Assembly: GCA_951406725.2 (NCBI GenBank)
Contig: OX597818.1
Coordinates: 34,658,001 to 34,722,000, forward strand
Reading direction: 5' to 3'
DNA from: Octopus vulgaris
Lineage: Eukaryota
Length of the DNA: 64,000 nt
The translations under genes were made by a program, and so were the position numbers. The notes beneath the pieces were generated by a model. That model saw nothing but the letters and a program-made list of their open reading frames with translations. It made no database searches and was not told the origin of the DNA. Positions 52,778 through 64,000 of this stretch are shown piece by piece. Position 1 is the stretch's first letter. Each line of letters begins with the position of its first letter.

Positions 52778-52944
52778 GGCTATTTAGTGAATTGATTGGA
52801 AGATTAAATATATTCTAGAAATGCATTTTTAGATAAATATTAAACTGTCAAAAAGACAGAATAGTTTTGATCGATTGCTTACTACCTATTTACAGATGCC
52901 ACTGAAATTTACTGTTTGAATATCCGACAGTGAATGATCAGGAC

Positions 52945-52967
52945 ATGGAAATTTGTGATTTAAGATG
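52945..52967 (+). CDS. Putative first coding segment (MEICDLR-) within exon 52896-52967 of an unidentified gene
   Basis: ctacctatttacAG acceptor; gacATGg context; ATG|GTAATC donor. The phase-2 end joins 61494 in frame (TG+G = Trp). An upstream in-frame TGA lies at 52903. Confidence 0.45.
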
Positions 52968-53240
52968 GTAATCTACTTTGTCTGTGGCAACATATGTATA
53001 TGATTGTACATTTAGATACATTTTCACATTTATTTTCGATAATGTATACAAAGCAAGATATGTGCTTATAGTAAAGCCTGCAAACATTTAAAAATATCAA
53101 GACTTTTCTGCAAGTACATTTTTTTTTATTTTTAATAAAAATGTTGAGTATTTTTGGCTTATGTTCTTTGCAATGTTATATGTTTGATATGTATTTCTTT
53201 AAAAGTTTTTACGAAATGCATATTGTATGTGTGTCAATAT

Positions 53241-53295
<55 letters not shown>

Positions 53296-54089
53296 CATCT
53301 GTATTTTTGCCTTCATTTATCTTTATGTGAATACATAATAGTGTGTTAAATAAACTTTGGTCTTATGACTTCAACCTAATTAGCCAAAATAAATTTTCTG
53401 AATATAGTTTTGTTTCTTCTATTTGCATCTTCTCTATTTATCATATAATAAATATGGAAATTGGATAAAGAAATTAAGCAGTAACATTTCTGAGTAGCAA
53501 ATGTTTAATGGTTATATTATAGTTTCACTACCATTAGAAGACTGTTGAAGCATTTAAGAAACTAACAAAAACTTTTTAAAGTTGGCCAAACTTTGTTCAG
53601 CATAAACTAAGAATAAACATAATCCTTCAAAAATAAATGAGTCGATGGATCTCCCTGAGTTTGATAATGAATATTTAGTTGCTTGATTGAATTAGAGTGT
53701 AAGTGGATGTGTACCCTTTATGTAATTCTCAGGTAGTATAACAGTTTGTGCCAATGTTGGCTCTTTGAATTACAAGTACACACCATTTGACAGCCTTCCA
53801 CACAGTTTCCATCTATCTAATTTCACTCACAAGAAGGTTGACTGAAGGCTTAGGTAAAAGGTACCATACTCAAAATGCCGCATGATAGGATTGAACCTGG
53901 GATCCCTTAATTGCAAAGTTAACTTAACCTTTTGGCCATATATAAAAGCATCTTTGAACTTATATCTTTAAAAATGAGTTTAAATTGGTTGCATACTACA
54001 ACCTTTGAATTTTTTTTCGTTTTAGTCCATTATCTGTAATTTATTAATACAAAATAGCAAGCATTATTTTGATACCAGTATCATCAAAA

Positions 54090-54365
54090 GCTTCGTGGTA
54101 CTCAAGCTCAAACCATACAGAAGATTCAGTAGGCCTTTGGTGAAGATGCAGTGGGCAAAACTCAGATCAATGAGTGACAGAACTGCTTCAAACATGGCTG
54201 CACTTCAGTGGAGAGCAAGGCATGCTCAAGCAGGCCATCTACAAGCCAAAACGAGGAGCCGATTGAGAAGTTTGGCAAATAGTCATGGAAGATTGATGTG
54301 TAACAATCCAGGAAATTGCTCATCAAGTGGGAATAAGCATAGGTTCAGTGCATTCTATTTTTAAT
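54090..54365 (+). mobile_element. Mariner N-terminal HTH fragment
   Basis: AQTIQKIQ*AFGEDAVGKTQI...FKHGCTSVES...SRPSTS...IQEIAHQVGISIGSVHSI. Confidence 0.75.
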
Positions 54366-54371
54366 GGAGGA

Positions 54372-54747
54372 TTTCTGAGTTCAAATTCCGCCGAGGTTGA
54401 TGTTGCCTTTCACCCTTTTGGGGTTCATGAAATAAGTATCAGTTACACACTGGGGGTCGATGTAATTGACTAGCCCTCTTCCCTAAAATTCCAGGCCTTG
54501 TGTCTATAGTAGAAAAGATTACTCTAATACCAGATATGGTGGCAAGCTGGCAGAATTGTTTACATGCCGGACAAACTGTTGTGATATTTCTTCTGGCTTT
54601 ACATTCTGAGTTCAAATGCTGCTAAGTTTGACTTTGCTTTTCATCCTTTCATGGTCAATAAAATAAGTACCTGTTGAGCATCGGGGCTGATGTAGTTGAC
54701 AAATCCTCTCCCTCAAAATCTTTGGCCTTGTACCAAAATTTGAAGCC
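54372..54747 (+). mobile_element. Two tandem family B SINEs
   Basis: The second copy is flanked by the TSD attactctaata(c/g)cagat at 54518 and 54748, i.e. it inserted at the tail of the first. Confidence 0.88.
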
Positions 54748-54871
54748 ATTACTCTAATAGCAGATTAGGCTTGCATTGATTTTGCTTTCTTTCATCTGAA
54801 GTAAATAAAAATTAATACCAATAAGATTATGTATTTCTTTCCTGCAAACTTTGGCTTCATGCTCAGCTTAA

Positions 54872-55956
54872 CCCTTTCGTTACCAAACTGCCCAAAGCCG
54901 TCCGAAAAAAATTTTGGTTAATGTGACTAAACCGCCCAAACCCGCCCGTATTTACCTATTCATATTTAAATGAGAATATCAGAGCAAATCTCTTTAGTAC
55001 ATTTGTGAAAACATGTGATTATACTTCGTAAACAGTTTATCTACAGTTTTGTACAACGATTGAAATGTAATTTTAATTTCATGAATTTTGGGAGATTTTT
55101 TTCCGAAATTTGTTCCTATCGTGTTTTCAAAATTTGTAATTCTGACAAAAAATGGATACGAATTTCATTATCTCAAGCAGCGAGTCAGAATTCGAAGGAT
55201 TTTCTACTGAAGACCTTGATAAATCTTACTCTATGACTGAAAAAAAAAAGCACATGGTATTTGATAATGAATCTGATATTTCATTTTCCAAAAGTGAAAA
55301 CAGTGAATCCGAGAGCTCCGACAGCGATAAAGAAAATGAATTGGCACCTGAATGGAGTGAAAATTTAAAAACTGTTTCTTCGGTGATTTTTCTGAAGAAA
55401 CTGGACCAAGCCACAGACTTTCCCAGGAGAGTAAAGTGATAGACTATTTCTTTTTACTTTTTCCGATGAGTCTATTTGAACTCATTACGGCGGAAACGAA
55501 CCGTTACGCTAAATGTAAACAAAGCGAAAGAAAGGATAGTTTGTGGTTTCCCACAAGCTTAAATGAAATTAAGACTATTTTGCCATAAATATTATTATGG
55601 GTATCAGAAAGTTACCCAGAATAACAAATTCTATCGTAAAATTTTGTTGTATACCCAGTTGAATATTAGCTAATAACCCATTTTCTATAGCGATGTTTGA
55701 ACAAAATTTTAATAATTTTATATTTTGTTGAATTTACCTGTATCTACCTCCAATTAGAGTCACTTTGTGACAAAAATTACAGTATAGAATTGGTTGAGAA
55801 CATTTCATTAAATTATCTTCCAAAATTCACATTAATATATTGATAAATAAAAAAGTTATAGTTGTTTAATGAAACCAGACTAAATTTATGATATGTTAGA
55901 AATTAATTGAAACACATAAGGGGTGTATTTTGGTCAGAAATATAGTAACGAAAGGG
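54872..55956 (+). mobile_element. Internally deleted piggyBac element
   Basis: TTAA TSDs at 54868 and 55957; TIR CCCTTTCGTTAC/GTAACGAAAGGG. Acidic N-terminus (ORF 55152-55439), then frameshifted DYFFLLFP...ITAETNRYA...W..TSLNEIK...IIMGIRKLP; the DDD core is missing. Confidence 0.92.
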
Positions 55957-56002
55957 TTAAAGTAAGCATGAATTTTTCTTTTATTTATATTATGAATGTA
56001 AC

Positions 56003-56399
56003 TTTACTTGTTTCAGTCATTTGACTGCAGCCATGCTGGAGCACTGCCTTTAGTCAAGCAAATCGACCCAGGACTTATTCTTAGTTAGCCTAGTACTTAT
56101 TCTATCAGTCTCTTTTGCCGAATCACTAAGTTACGGGGACGTAAACACACCAGCATCGGTTGTCAAGCGATGCTGGGGGACAAATACAGACACACAAACA
56201 TATACACACACATACATATATATATATACATATATATGACGGGCTTCTTTCAGTTTCCGTCTACCAAATCCACTCACAAGGTTTTGGTCAGCCAGAGGCT
56301 ATAGTAGAAGACACTTGCCCAAGGTGCCATGCAGTGGGACTGAATCCAGAACCATGCGGTTGGTAAGCAAGCTACTTACCACACAGCCACTCCTGCACC
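56003..56399 (-). mobile_element. Full-length, young SINE family A
   Basis: Complete tRNA-like head with A/B boxes, internal microsatellite and tail; CpGs retained. Confidence 0.95.
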
Positions 56400-57169
56400 T
56401 ATAAGTAAAATTATGTATGTAAAATTATATAAAAAAACATGTTCCTTGTTACAACAGAATTTTTTCTTCTTGCAACAACCTACCTTTGTGAACAAGATTT
56501 TCCACTCTAATGAACATTAAAACAAAACAGAGAAATTGATTTGATCCTGAAGACTGTATCCAAATTGATCTGGCATCAAAATGCTCCAATTTTGATGTAA
56601 TTGTAATAAAACTGAGACAGCATCATTTCTCCAAAACCTGAAATAAAAAAGTTTCTAGAAAAATTCTTTCGTTTCTTAATGAGGATATTAATTTATCTTA
56701 TTGCATTTGTTTTATACTTGTTATATTTATAATTGTATTCTCCATATAAATAGATTCAATAGACCTTTTGAATTTAAAGAATCTATGATTTCCTTCTTTT
56801 CAAATCAAGGGGGTAATGTCTGCATAAATAAATATATTTTGGGGTTATTGGATAAAAAAAGTTCCCCGACTCCTGAGTTAAAGTTTCAATAATATGATGG
56901 TTGTCACTTTCTTACTCTTTAGCTGAGTCATCCCACATCTCTCTCTCTCTTCCTCTCTCTCTCCCTCTCTCTCCCTCCCTCTCTCTCCCTCTACATCAAG
57001 CTATTTATTTGTCAACCTATACATCTAGCTGGCTGTATACCACATGTTCGCTCCTTTCTCATTTCGTCTTGCACTCATATTTTTCTCTCATGTATAATAA
57101 GACTCATCCTTTCCCTCTTTATAATGGCTGTTTTTTCTGACCACATAGGCATACATACGGATATACTTG

Positions 57170-57420
57170 CTCCCTCCAAAATGATCTGGTCAATGGGATT
57201 GACATTTAGCTTGAATTTCTGCAGTTTGGTGTCTCTAGAGATGCAAGTAAATGGGAGTTTCAGAATTTGTAGTTCTAGGAATAAAGATTTAGGTGGAATA
57301 TCTAGTGAATGGTTTGAAGGTGAGACACAGTGGGATCGGCAGGTCCATTTTAGCTGGAATCATTATAGTGATAATACAAGAAATAAAAGCTCATCAATCG
57401 GTTGATTCATCATTTGGGGG
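57170..57420 (-). mobile_element. Decayed LINE 3' fragment (CR1/L2-like)
   Basis: Minus-strand FIPRT and LQKFKLNVN remnants are typical of LINE ORF2 C-termini. Confidence 0.4.
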
Positions 57421-57560
57421 ATGCAGTCTGAAATATTTGAGTACAGTATAGTATACTCACTTTTTTGCTCTTCATCAATGAGACATAATTAGAGATTATG
57501 AACATATAGAGAGTTTATAATGATTTTAGGAGATCTTGTTTGCTTATTGCTGTAATTAAT

Positions 57561-57762
57561 GGTTTCTAATTTAGGTACAAGGCCTCAATTATGAAGGGAG
57601 AGTATAAATCAGTACAATTGATCTTAGTACTTGACTGATACTTTATTTTATTGACCCTAGAAGGCTGAAAGGCAAAGTTGACTTCAGTGGGATTTGAACT
57701 CAAAACAAATATTGCAAAGCAGCTTTTCTGATGCTCTAATGGTTTTACCAGCTTGCTGTCTT
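57561..57762 (-). mobile_element. SINE family B with TSD
   Basis: ctgtaattaat occurs on both sides; body gaaaggcaaagttgacttcagtgggatttgaactc. Confidence 0.85.
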
Positions 57763-58249
57763 ACTGTAATTAATTTAAGTTTCATTTTACATTAGTGATC
57801 TTGTCTTTCTGAATCCTAATAATTTTGTTTTTGTCATTCACCAGCTGTTAATTTTGCAATACATTTGTCTTTATCTATAATTACAAACATCTCATTACCT
57901 TTTACATATTATAATGTTGTTATTTTTATGGGTTATACAGGGCTTGTTTGAATGTTGTTTAAATATATATTATTTTTGTGCAGATATAACAATGTTCATT
58001 ACATCTGTCTTGTGGTACATTTTGAAATTTATCATCTATGTTTACAATGTTTTTATCTTAGGTTCTCTTGAAATTGGTTATGTAGTCTGAGTTTAACTGT
58101 ACTTTGTGTATAGAAAAAACATTAGTAAACAATACATCTTTCATATATAGAACTCTTTACAAGTATAGACAATTAATTATGGAAGCAAAACTTGTGTGCA
58201 GTTCAAAATTAAAATAAGCTTGTGTGTGTGTATGTGTGTATGTCTATAT

Positions 58250-58385
58250 ACTTATTTTATCAACCTCGAAAGAATGAAAGGCAAAGTTGATCTCAGCGGA
58301 ATTTGAACTCAGAATGTAGTGATGGGCGAAATACTACTAAGCATTTCGCCCAGTGTGCTAACGATTCTGCCAGCTCACTGCCTTC
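58250..58385 (-). mobile_element. SINE family B, 5' part
   Basis: gaaaggcaaagttgatctcagcggaatttgaactcagaatgt...gctaacgattctgccagctc. Confidence 0.88.
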
Positions 58386-58451
58386 ATTTGATTATACTGG
58401 AAAACAACACACTCTATACTTCTAGATCTTCATTGTTGTTAATGTCACCTT

Positions 58452-59285
58452 CATTATCATCATTTTCATGTCTATTTTCTCATGCTTACATGGGTTGAAT
58501 AGGTCTTCTCCAGCATACTGTTTGTCTCACTGCTGATTACAATTTCTCATCATCTCCTTTATAAAGTTCAACATTCTTATATTAGTCTCAACACGTCTTC
58601 CCATGTCTTCATTAGTTTTCCTCTTCCTCATGGTCCTTCTGCTTGGATTGCTTGGTATTTCTTTTCTCAAATGTCATCCTTCATATACATCACATAACTG
58701 TAACCAGCACAGTCTTCTCTCTTGCACACCACATCTGATTTCTCCATATACCTAGATTTTCCAGAACACTTTTAATGAAATATGCGGACCTGGTTTCTTT
58801 CCAGCCTTTACACATCCTTTGTACTTAACACTGGTGTTTCAATACCATGCAACATTGTACTCTGTAAGTTTCATACAGTCTACTGTTAACTTAGAGAAGC
58901 TCTTTGTTGTTAGCAGAATAGCTCCATGTACTTTTCTTTTCTTGTTCTTATTTAGGCTGCTATGCTTTTAAATGCCCATCACCACTGCTAATTATGTCAC
59001 TTAGGTAAGAGAAACTATCAACAGTTTCTATATATCCTTCCAAACATTTGAAAGAATGTTTTTCATTGGTACTTTTGCAGGTAATTAAGTCTGTGCCACA
59101 AATGAAATCACCCTTCTCTGTCAATCTGCCAGTGATACCACTACACCTCTTGCACAACCATATTTTACATTGGGTGCACTGTATGGGATTCCAACTTACT
59201 ATTTTTCTGTATATCAGTAGCTTCATACAAGGCTGTTGAGTCCTATCTCCTTTCCTGCTAACTAAATCTTTTGTTACTTAAAAGT
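58452..59285 (-). mobile_element. Decayed RTE LINE 3' part with a Cys-rich insert
   Basis: NPIQCTQCKIWLCKRCSGITGRL...FICG...VDSFSYLSDIISSGDG, followed by the RTE C-terminus and an ATG-repeat tail. Confidence 0.8.
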
Positions 59286-61493
59286 TATATAAACCAGAGG
59301 TTTTTCAGAAAATAGTAGATTTTTTTTTTCATAGAAACAGTTTCTCTATGTGTTTAAAGAGAAATTAAGTGTGTGGTGTGTGTGTGTGCACATTACTTGG
59401 TGCAATCAGCATATATTGTTTTGACTTTGGTTGATTAAAAATCCCTTTAGTCAAATGCAGTTATGTTTACTTAGCATTTACTACACAGGGATTAACCTTA
59501 CCAATATATAAATAATTTGAGTCCTTACCTGTGTATAGTGTTACCTTCTTTAATATAAAGAAAGTTATAAAGTAGAACAAAACTGTCTTTTAGTTTGTTT
59601 GTTTTTATATTTCATCATCTTTATCCTTTTCTTCTACATTGAACTCTTATTCTTGTTTCTATGTTACAGAACCATTGTTTTATTAAATTATTAATTTATT
59701 CTTTTCCTTGAATTTCCTTTGTTTACTGTTTGAAACAATAGTTAAACAACAAAGCTCTTACATCAGCCTGAGATTTAAACATTATCTTCAGAGCATTATA
59801 GAATAATAATTTAATATTAAAAGTATGGCAATGATTTTTCTGACCAATCGTTTTGATTTGTTTTGATTATGCCAATAAGTGAAATGAATGTAAAATACTT
59901 CATTTACTATGCTTCTTTCTGTGATATGTTTATTTCATTGTTTTTTTTTAGAAACAAAACATTTAGGATTGGCATGAATTTATGCAAGCTTGAGAATTTG
60001 CTTTTTTCATGTTAATTTATAATTATTTTTCATTGTTTTACTTTTGATTGAAGAACATTATTGCTTTTTTGTATCTAAATTATATATTAAAAAAATTATG
60101 AATTGTAATTGTATTTTTTGTGTCCTTTTCTCTCATATATTTAAATTTGTCTTCTTTCAAAAACAACTTGTACTAATGATATTTTGCATATTGTATTATG
60201 TCCTATGCATAAAAGCAGTTTTTTTTTCTTAATTTCAGAGCAATTAAAATTTTGTTGACTTTGCACATTACTTTACAGTAGATTGATTTAAATTTACTTG
60301 GCTTCATCAGAAATTTATGAAGATAGTAATTTTTAGTGACAGAAGCAGTATTAGTATCAAAAAACAATCTTTATATTCAACTTAATGTGCGTTAATAGCC
60401 TTCAGAGACCCTCTCATAAGAAGATATATTTTGTAATTGTAGCATCAGTTGATGTATAAGTCTCACATTAAGGATAATTTTATATACTTGGTTAATGGAG
60501 ATAAAGTTATGATGAAATAATTTGGATTGATAGAAACTCAAAATTTTACATATTTTCTTGAAATACGTGAATTCAAAGAAACTGAAAAATTATTTTCATA
60601 TTAGACACAAATTTTTTCAAATTTTAAATCAATAAAAAGTTCTATGTGTGTAATCCTACAGAAATCCCAAATTTCTGAAAAAAAAAAATGTTACCAACTT
60701 TAAGTACAGAAGGACTCTTTAATAAAAGTAAACCAACAGTAACCTTTATTTTGAAGAATTTTAAGTAATAATTTAGAAATTATGTGATATAATGTAAATC
60801 TGATTTTAAATTCTCTTAAAACTAAGCTATATTGCCATTGATGGAAATGATATAATGGAATAAATATAGAGAAATGGGAGTATACTTGGCATATTTAGCT
60901 TGTGGGTTTATCAATAAGTGTCAGTCTAGTTTAATATTGTAGTTCTTATAATCAATCAGAGCTGTTATGAACAATACTGGAACAAGCATGTTCATACTGA
61001 GATAAATTACAAATTGAAAACATTTTGAATTTAACTCATTACAGCCAAATTAATATGATTTACTTCCATATTTTGTAAATAAATGCAGCTGTAATTACAA
61101 TTTTATTAGATTTTTGTATATAAAACATAACTATTTGATATGAATATCTTTGTTAAATACTTTGAATCAAACAAAAAAAATCAATATAAATTTCTGAAAT
61201 TATACCTGATAGAAATTGGAAATATTCTTTTATCGAACACAAAGTAGATAAATAGTTAGTACTATCTATCAATGGGACGTTAGTAATGATGTCAACCATT
61301 GAAACAATTATGTAAATTGTATTTTTACTGCTATAGTAAAATTTCTCATTTTTAAACAGCTTTCAAAATTGCATTTAGTTTTAGATTGGCAATTTCATTT
61401 TGTGAACTAGTGGCTCTTGTGCCCATGTAGTTATTGCATGCTGTTTTAATTTGGAATTAATATGCTTTCTTATTTTTCTTATTGTATCCCTAG

Positions 61494-61613
61494 GAAGCGT
61501 TCTTCAGAATCCCTAAGGACTGCAAGTCTGGAGTCTCTGATTATGTCCAGTTGTGGAATGACCAAAGAAACTTTAAAAGATGAATGTTCTACCGATGACA
61601 GCAGAGATGAAAG
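61494..61613 (+). CDS. Internal coding exon (120 nt, phase 2-2) of an unidentified host gene
   Basis: Long polypyrimidine tract plus cctAG acceptor; AAG|GTAAAG donor; GC higher than the flanks. Only one frame is open: KRSSESLRTASLESLIMSSCGMTKETLKDECSTDDSRDE. Confidence 0.72.
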
Positions 61614-62185
61614 GTAAAGCTCTTTATTGTTATTCTTTTGGGGGAAAAGGAGTTCAATAACAAAAGCAGAAGGCAAATTATATAATCTTAAACTTTTAAA
61701 ATATGTTTTCCTTCAATATTGTAGCAAATGAAATCTTTGTTTATATAGTTGTTTGGAAATGTTATTGATATTTCCTGTTCTACAAAATTTTTTTTATAAT
61801 ATAAACTTCTTGTCTGAGGATATCATCACAGTATCAGCCTATTTTATTGAAGTTCTTCTGTTTAGACAACACAATTTTTTGTTATTCTATAAGTTTGTCA
61901 AGAGAGTTGGATAAATGCGAGTGACCTTTGTAGTCTATCACTCATTGTTTGTATTGATACTGTTGATGTTCCACTTGAACATCTGTAGGTTGATATCTGT
62001 AACAAAAGCATAGCAGGTGTTGGGTAGAGAAAATCCAGAGCACTATCACTTCGATGATGAAGGACTAGGGAAAGTGTTACTACTGTTGTTGTTTAACCCA
62101 AGCCAGATCTGCTCCAGTAGATTTTGTAACCATTCCATTATTGTGTGTAGCAATTACTATACTGTGCAACATGTCCTTTCTTTAA

Positions 62186-62405
62186 CCCTTTCGTTACAGT
62201 ATTTATTTTCAGATGCTCTGTGTTTCTTTCAATTACTTTAAATATATCAAAGAATTTAGTAAAATAACTTAGTTATCATTCCGCTAGTGATAGGAATATA
62301 AATTGTGACTAAGGTTTGGTGGAAGATTTTAATTCAAAACTTATGGAAACAAGACATTTGTACTTAGAGCCAGCACCGGTTTTAGCCGGGTTGGTAACGA
62401 AAGGG
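62186..62405. mobile_element. piggyBac-type MITE (220 bp)
   Basis: TTAA TSDs at 62182 and 62406; the same 12-bp TIR as 54872-55956; inserted within an older repeat. Confidence 0.92.
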
Positions 62406-64000
62406 TTAAAGCATCAGAATGGGATTTAGGAGATTTGACTGTTATTTCTTGAGGCTCCTACAATCATATAGAAGCCCCCTTGTTTACTTTTGGAAATGTG
62501 TTTTGTGGAGTTTCCCTGTGGCGAGAGACAAGGTAGTGGGAAGAAGAAGAAGAAGAGAGAGAGAGAGATAAACTTTAATGGAGCTAGTTCAGAAAAACAA
62601 AAGCCATTGTATTGCCGGTAGAAGAGAGTAGAAACCAGGCTGATGGTTGTAATCCTTTGGTTGCAATCTAGGCTATCTATGGTTGCAACAGAAACACTGT
62701 TTCATATTCAGATTTTAATTGATTTTTGTTTTTACATGCCATTAGTCTATTTTACTGATAAATATTTTATCATTAAAGATGCTTAAATATTAAACCATGT
62801 TACAATGTGCTAGTCACTTACCTGATTTTGTGTAAACAGAGTTATTCATACATAAAAGATTGATTCTGTTAGCTTCAGAAATAGAGAAATTAGGAATTAT
62901 GATTGTCGTTATTTCTCCAAGCATATTAGTACTGGTCTGTGTAAAATGTAAATAGTTATAACCAGCTATCAAACCAAGGTTTGATACCTGGTTATCCTTG
63001 ATTTATAGGGAGCTTGATTCATCAGCTGCTTATCCCTTAATCTTTAGGATATGCCAAAAATAATTTTAACAAATGAATAACGACTTTACTATCAAACTGT
63101 GTGGATATTATTTAGAGTTACAATGTTGTAAAAAATCATTTTGGTGGTGTTCAATGTGATTTTAGACTTCATCAAAAATACTTAGATTAATTGTGGGAGA
63201 ATGTGTAGTTCTGGAGAAAATTAGTCTGATTCATAGCTGATCTTCCATTTTGTCTAATTATTTACTATTCATTTCTTTTCTTTTTATCATTGGCATGAAA
63301 TGAAATGAAGTGTGCAAAATCTATTTGTTATGTAGAAACAGATTGGCTTGCTCCCACTAATCCAACAGATTGATGTACTAAATATGAACTGACTTTTGTT
63401 ACATTTTGTATGCCTATGTAGTCTGCAGAATTAAGTTGATTTTTGTTGCCAAAAGAATCTATATTATTAATTTCCTTTTGAATTTCTCCGTGTTTTTGTG
63501 ATTTTATCTTTGCTTTATATTCTGGGTCTACAAAATTGACTTCACATTATAGTTTCAAAATAACTTGAATCAGTTTTATTCAGGTCAGGAAAAGTAAATA
63601 ACAGAACATTGAAGAAGTAAATAAAACAAAGTAAAAAGGAATGAATTCTAAAGCAATCTAGGATTACTAACTGTGGTGTTAAATAACATAAGTTTTTTGG
63701 TATAAACAATTGTGCTATTCTACCACAATTTTCTCCATAACATCTCTAAGTAATACAGCTAATTATATTTACATTCGTTTTTCAACTTACCATTGTTTAT
63801 CTTAATAGTAATGTTACTTGGTAGATCACTGTTCCAGAGACTTCATAATTTATATACATACATTTTTTATCATTTCTTAATGTTTATAATTAATGATTAT
63901 TATTTTTTTTAGTGCTTAACAATTTATTATTGATGCTTAAACATCAGTTTCTTACAACCCTTACAACCCTTATGAGCTCCTTTATGATACATAGCTGCTG

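Noticed and set aside
52175-52818. Longest ORFs in the track (189-201 aa), plus similar ones at 20328-20639, 26625-27115 and 31505-31812
   Set aside because: They are translations of (TA/TG/CA)n microsatellites, which lack stop codons by composition.

Overview
AT-rich eukaryotic genomic DNA, most likely from an octopus: the two dominant tRNA-derived SINE families match my recollection of Octopus repeats, which I have not checked against a database. The window reads as the large-intron or 5' region of an unidentified gene and is saturated with decayed transposons. These include RTE and R4/Dong LINE fossils, many SINEs, three mariners, a DD37D element, a deleted piggyBac with a matching MITE, a non-autonomous Helitron, a foldback MITE and a ~1 kb solo LTR. 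No intact transposase or reverse transcriptase ORF is present, and nearly all entries in the ORF track are noise or microsatellite translations. The only host coding signal is a strong 120-nt exon (61494-61613) and a phase-compatible 72-nt upstream exon (52896-52967) containing an in-frame TGA followed by an ATG. The most notable structures are a palindrome holding two broken, complementary hammerhead-ribozyme halves (26757-26894, Penelope-like), an old ~280-bp inverted duplication, SINEs stacked at one target site, and an old tandem duplication datable by a shared SINE deletion. I found no clear evidence of a wholly new multi-gene system.
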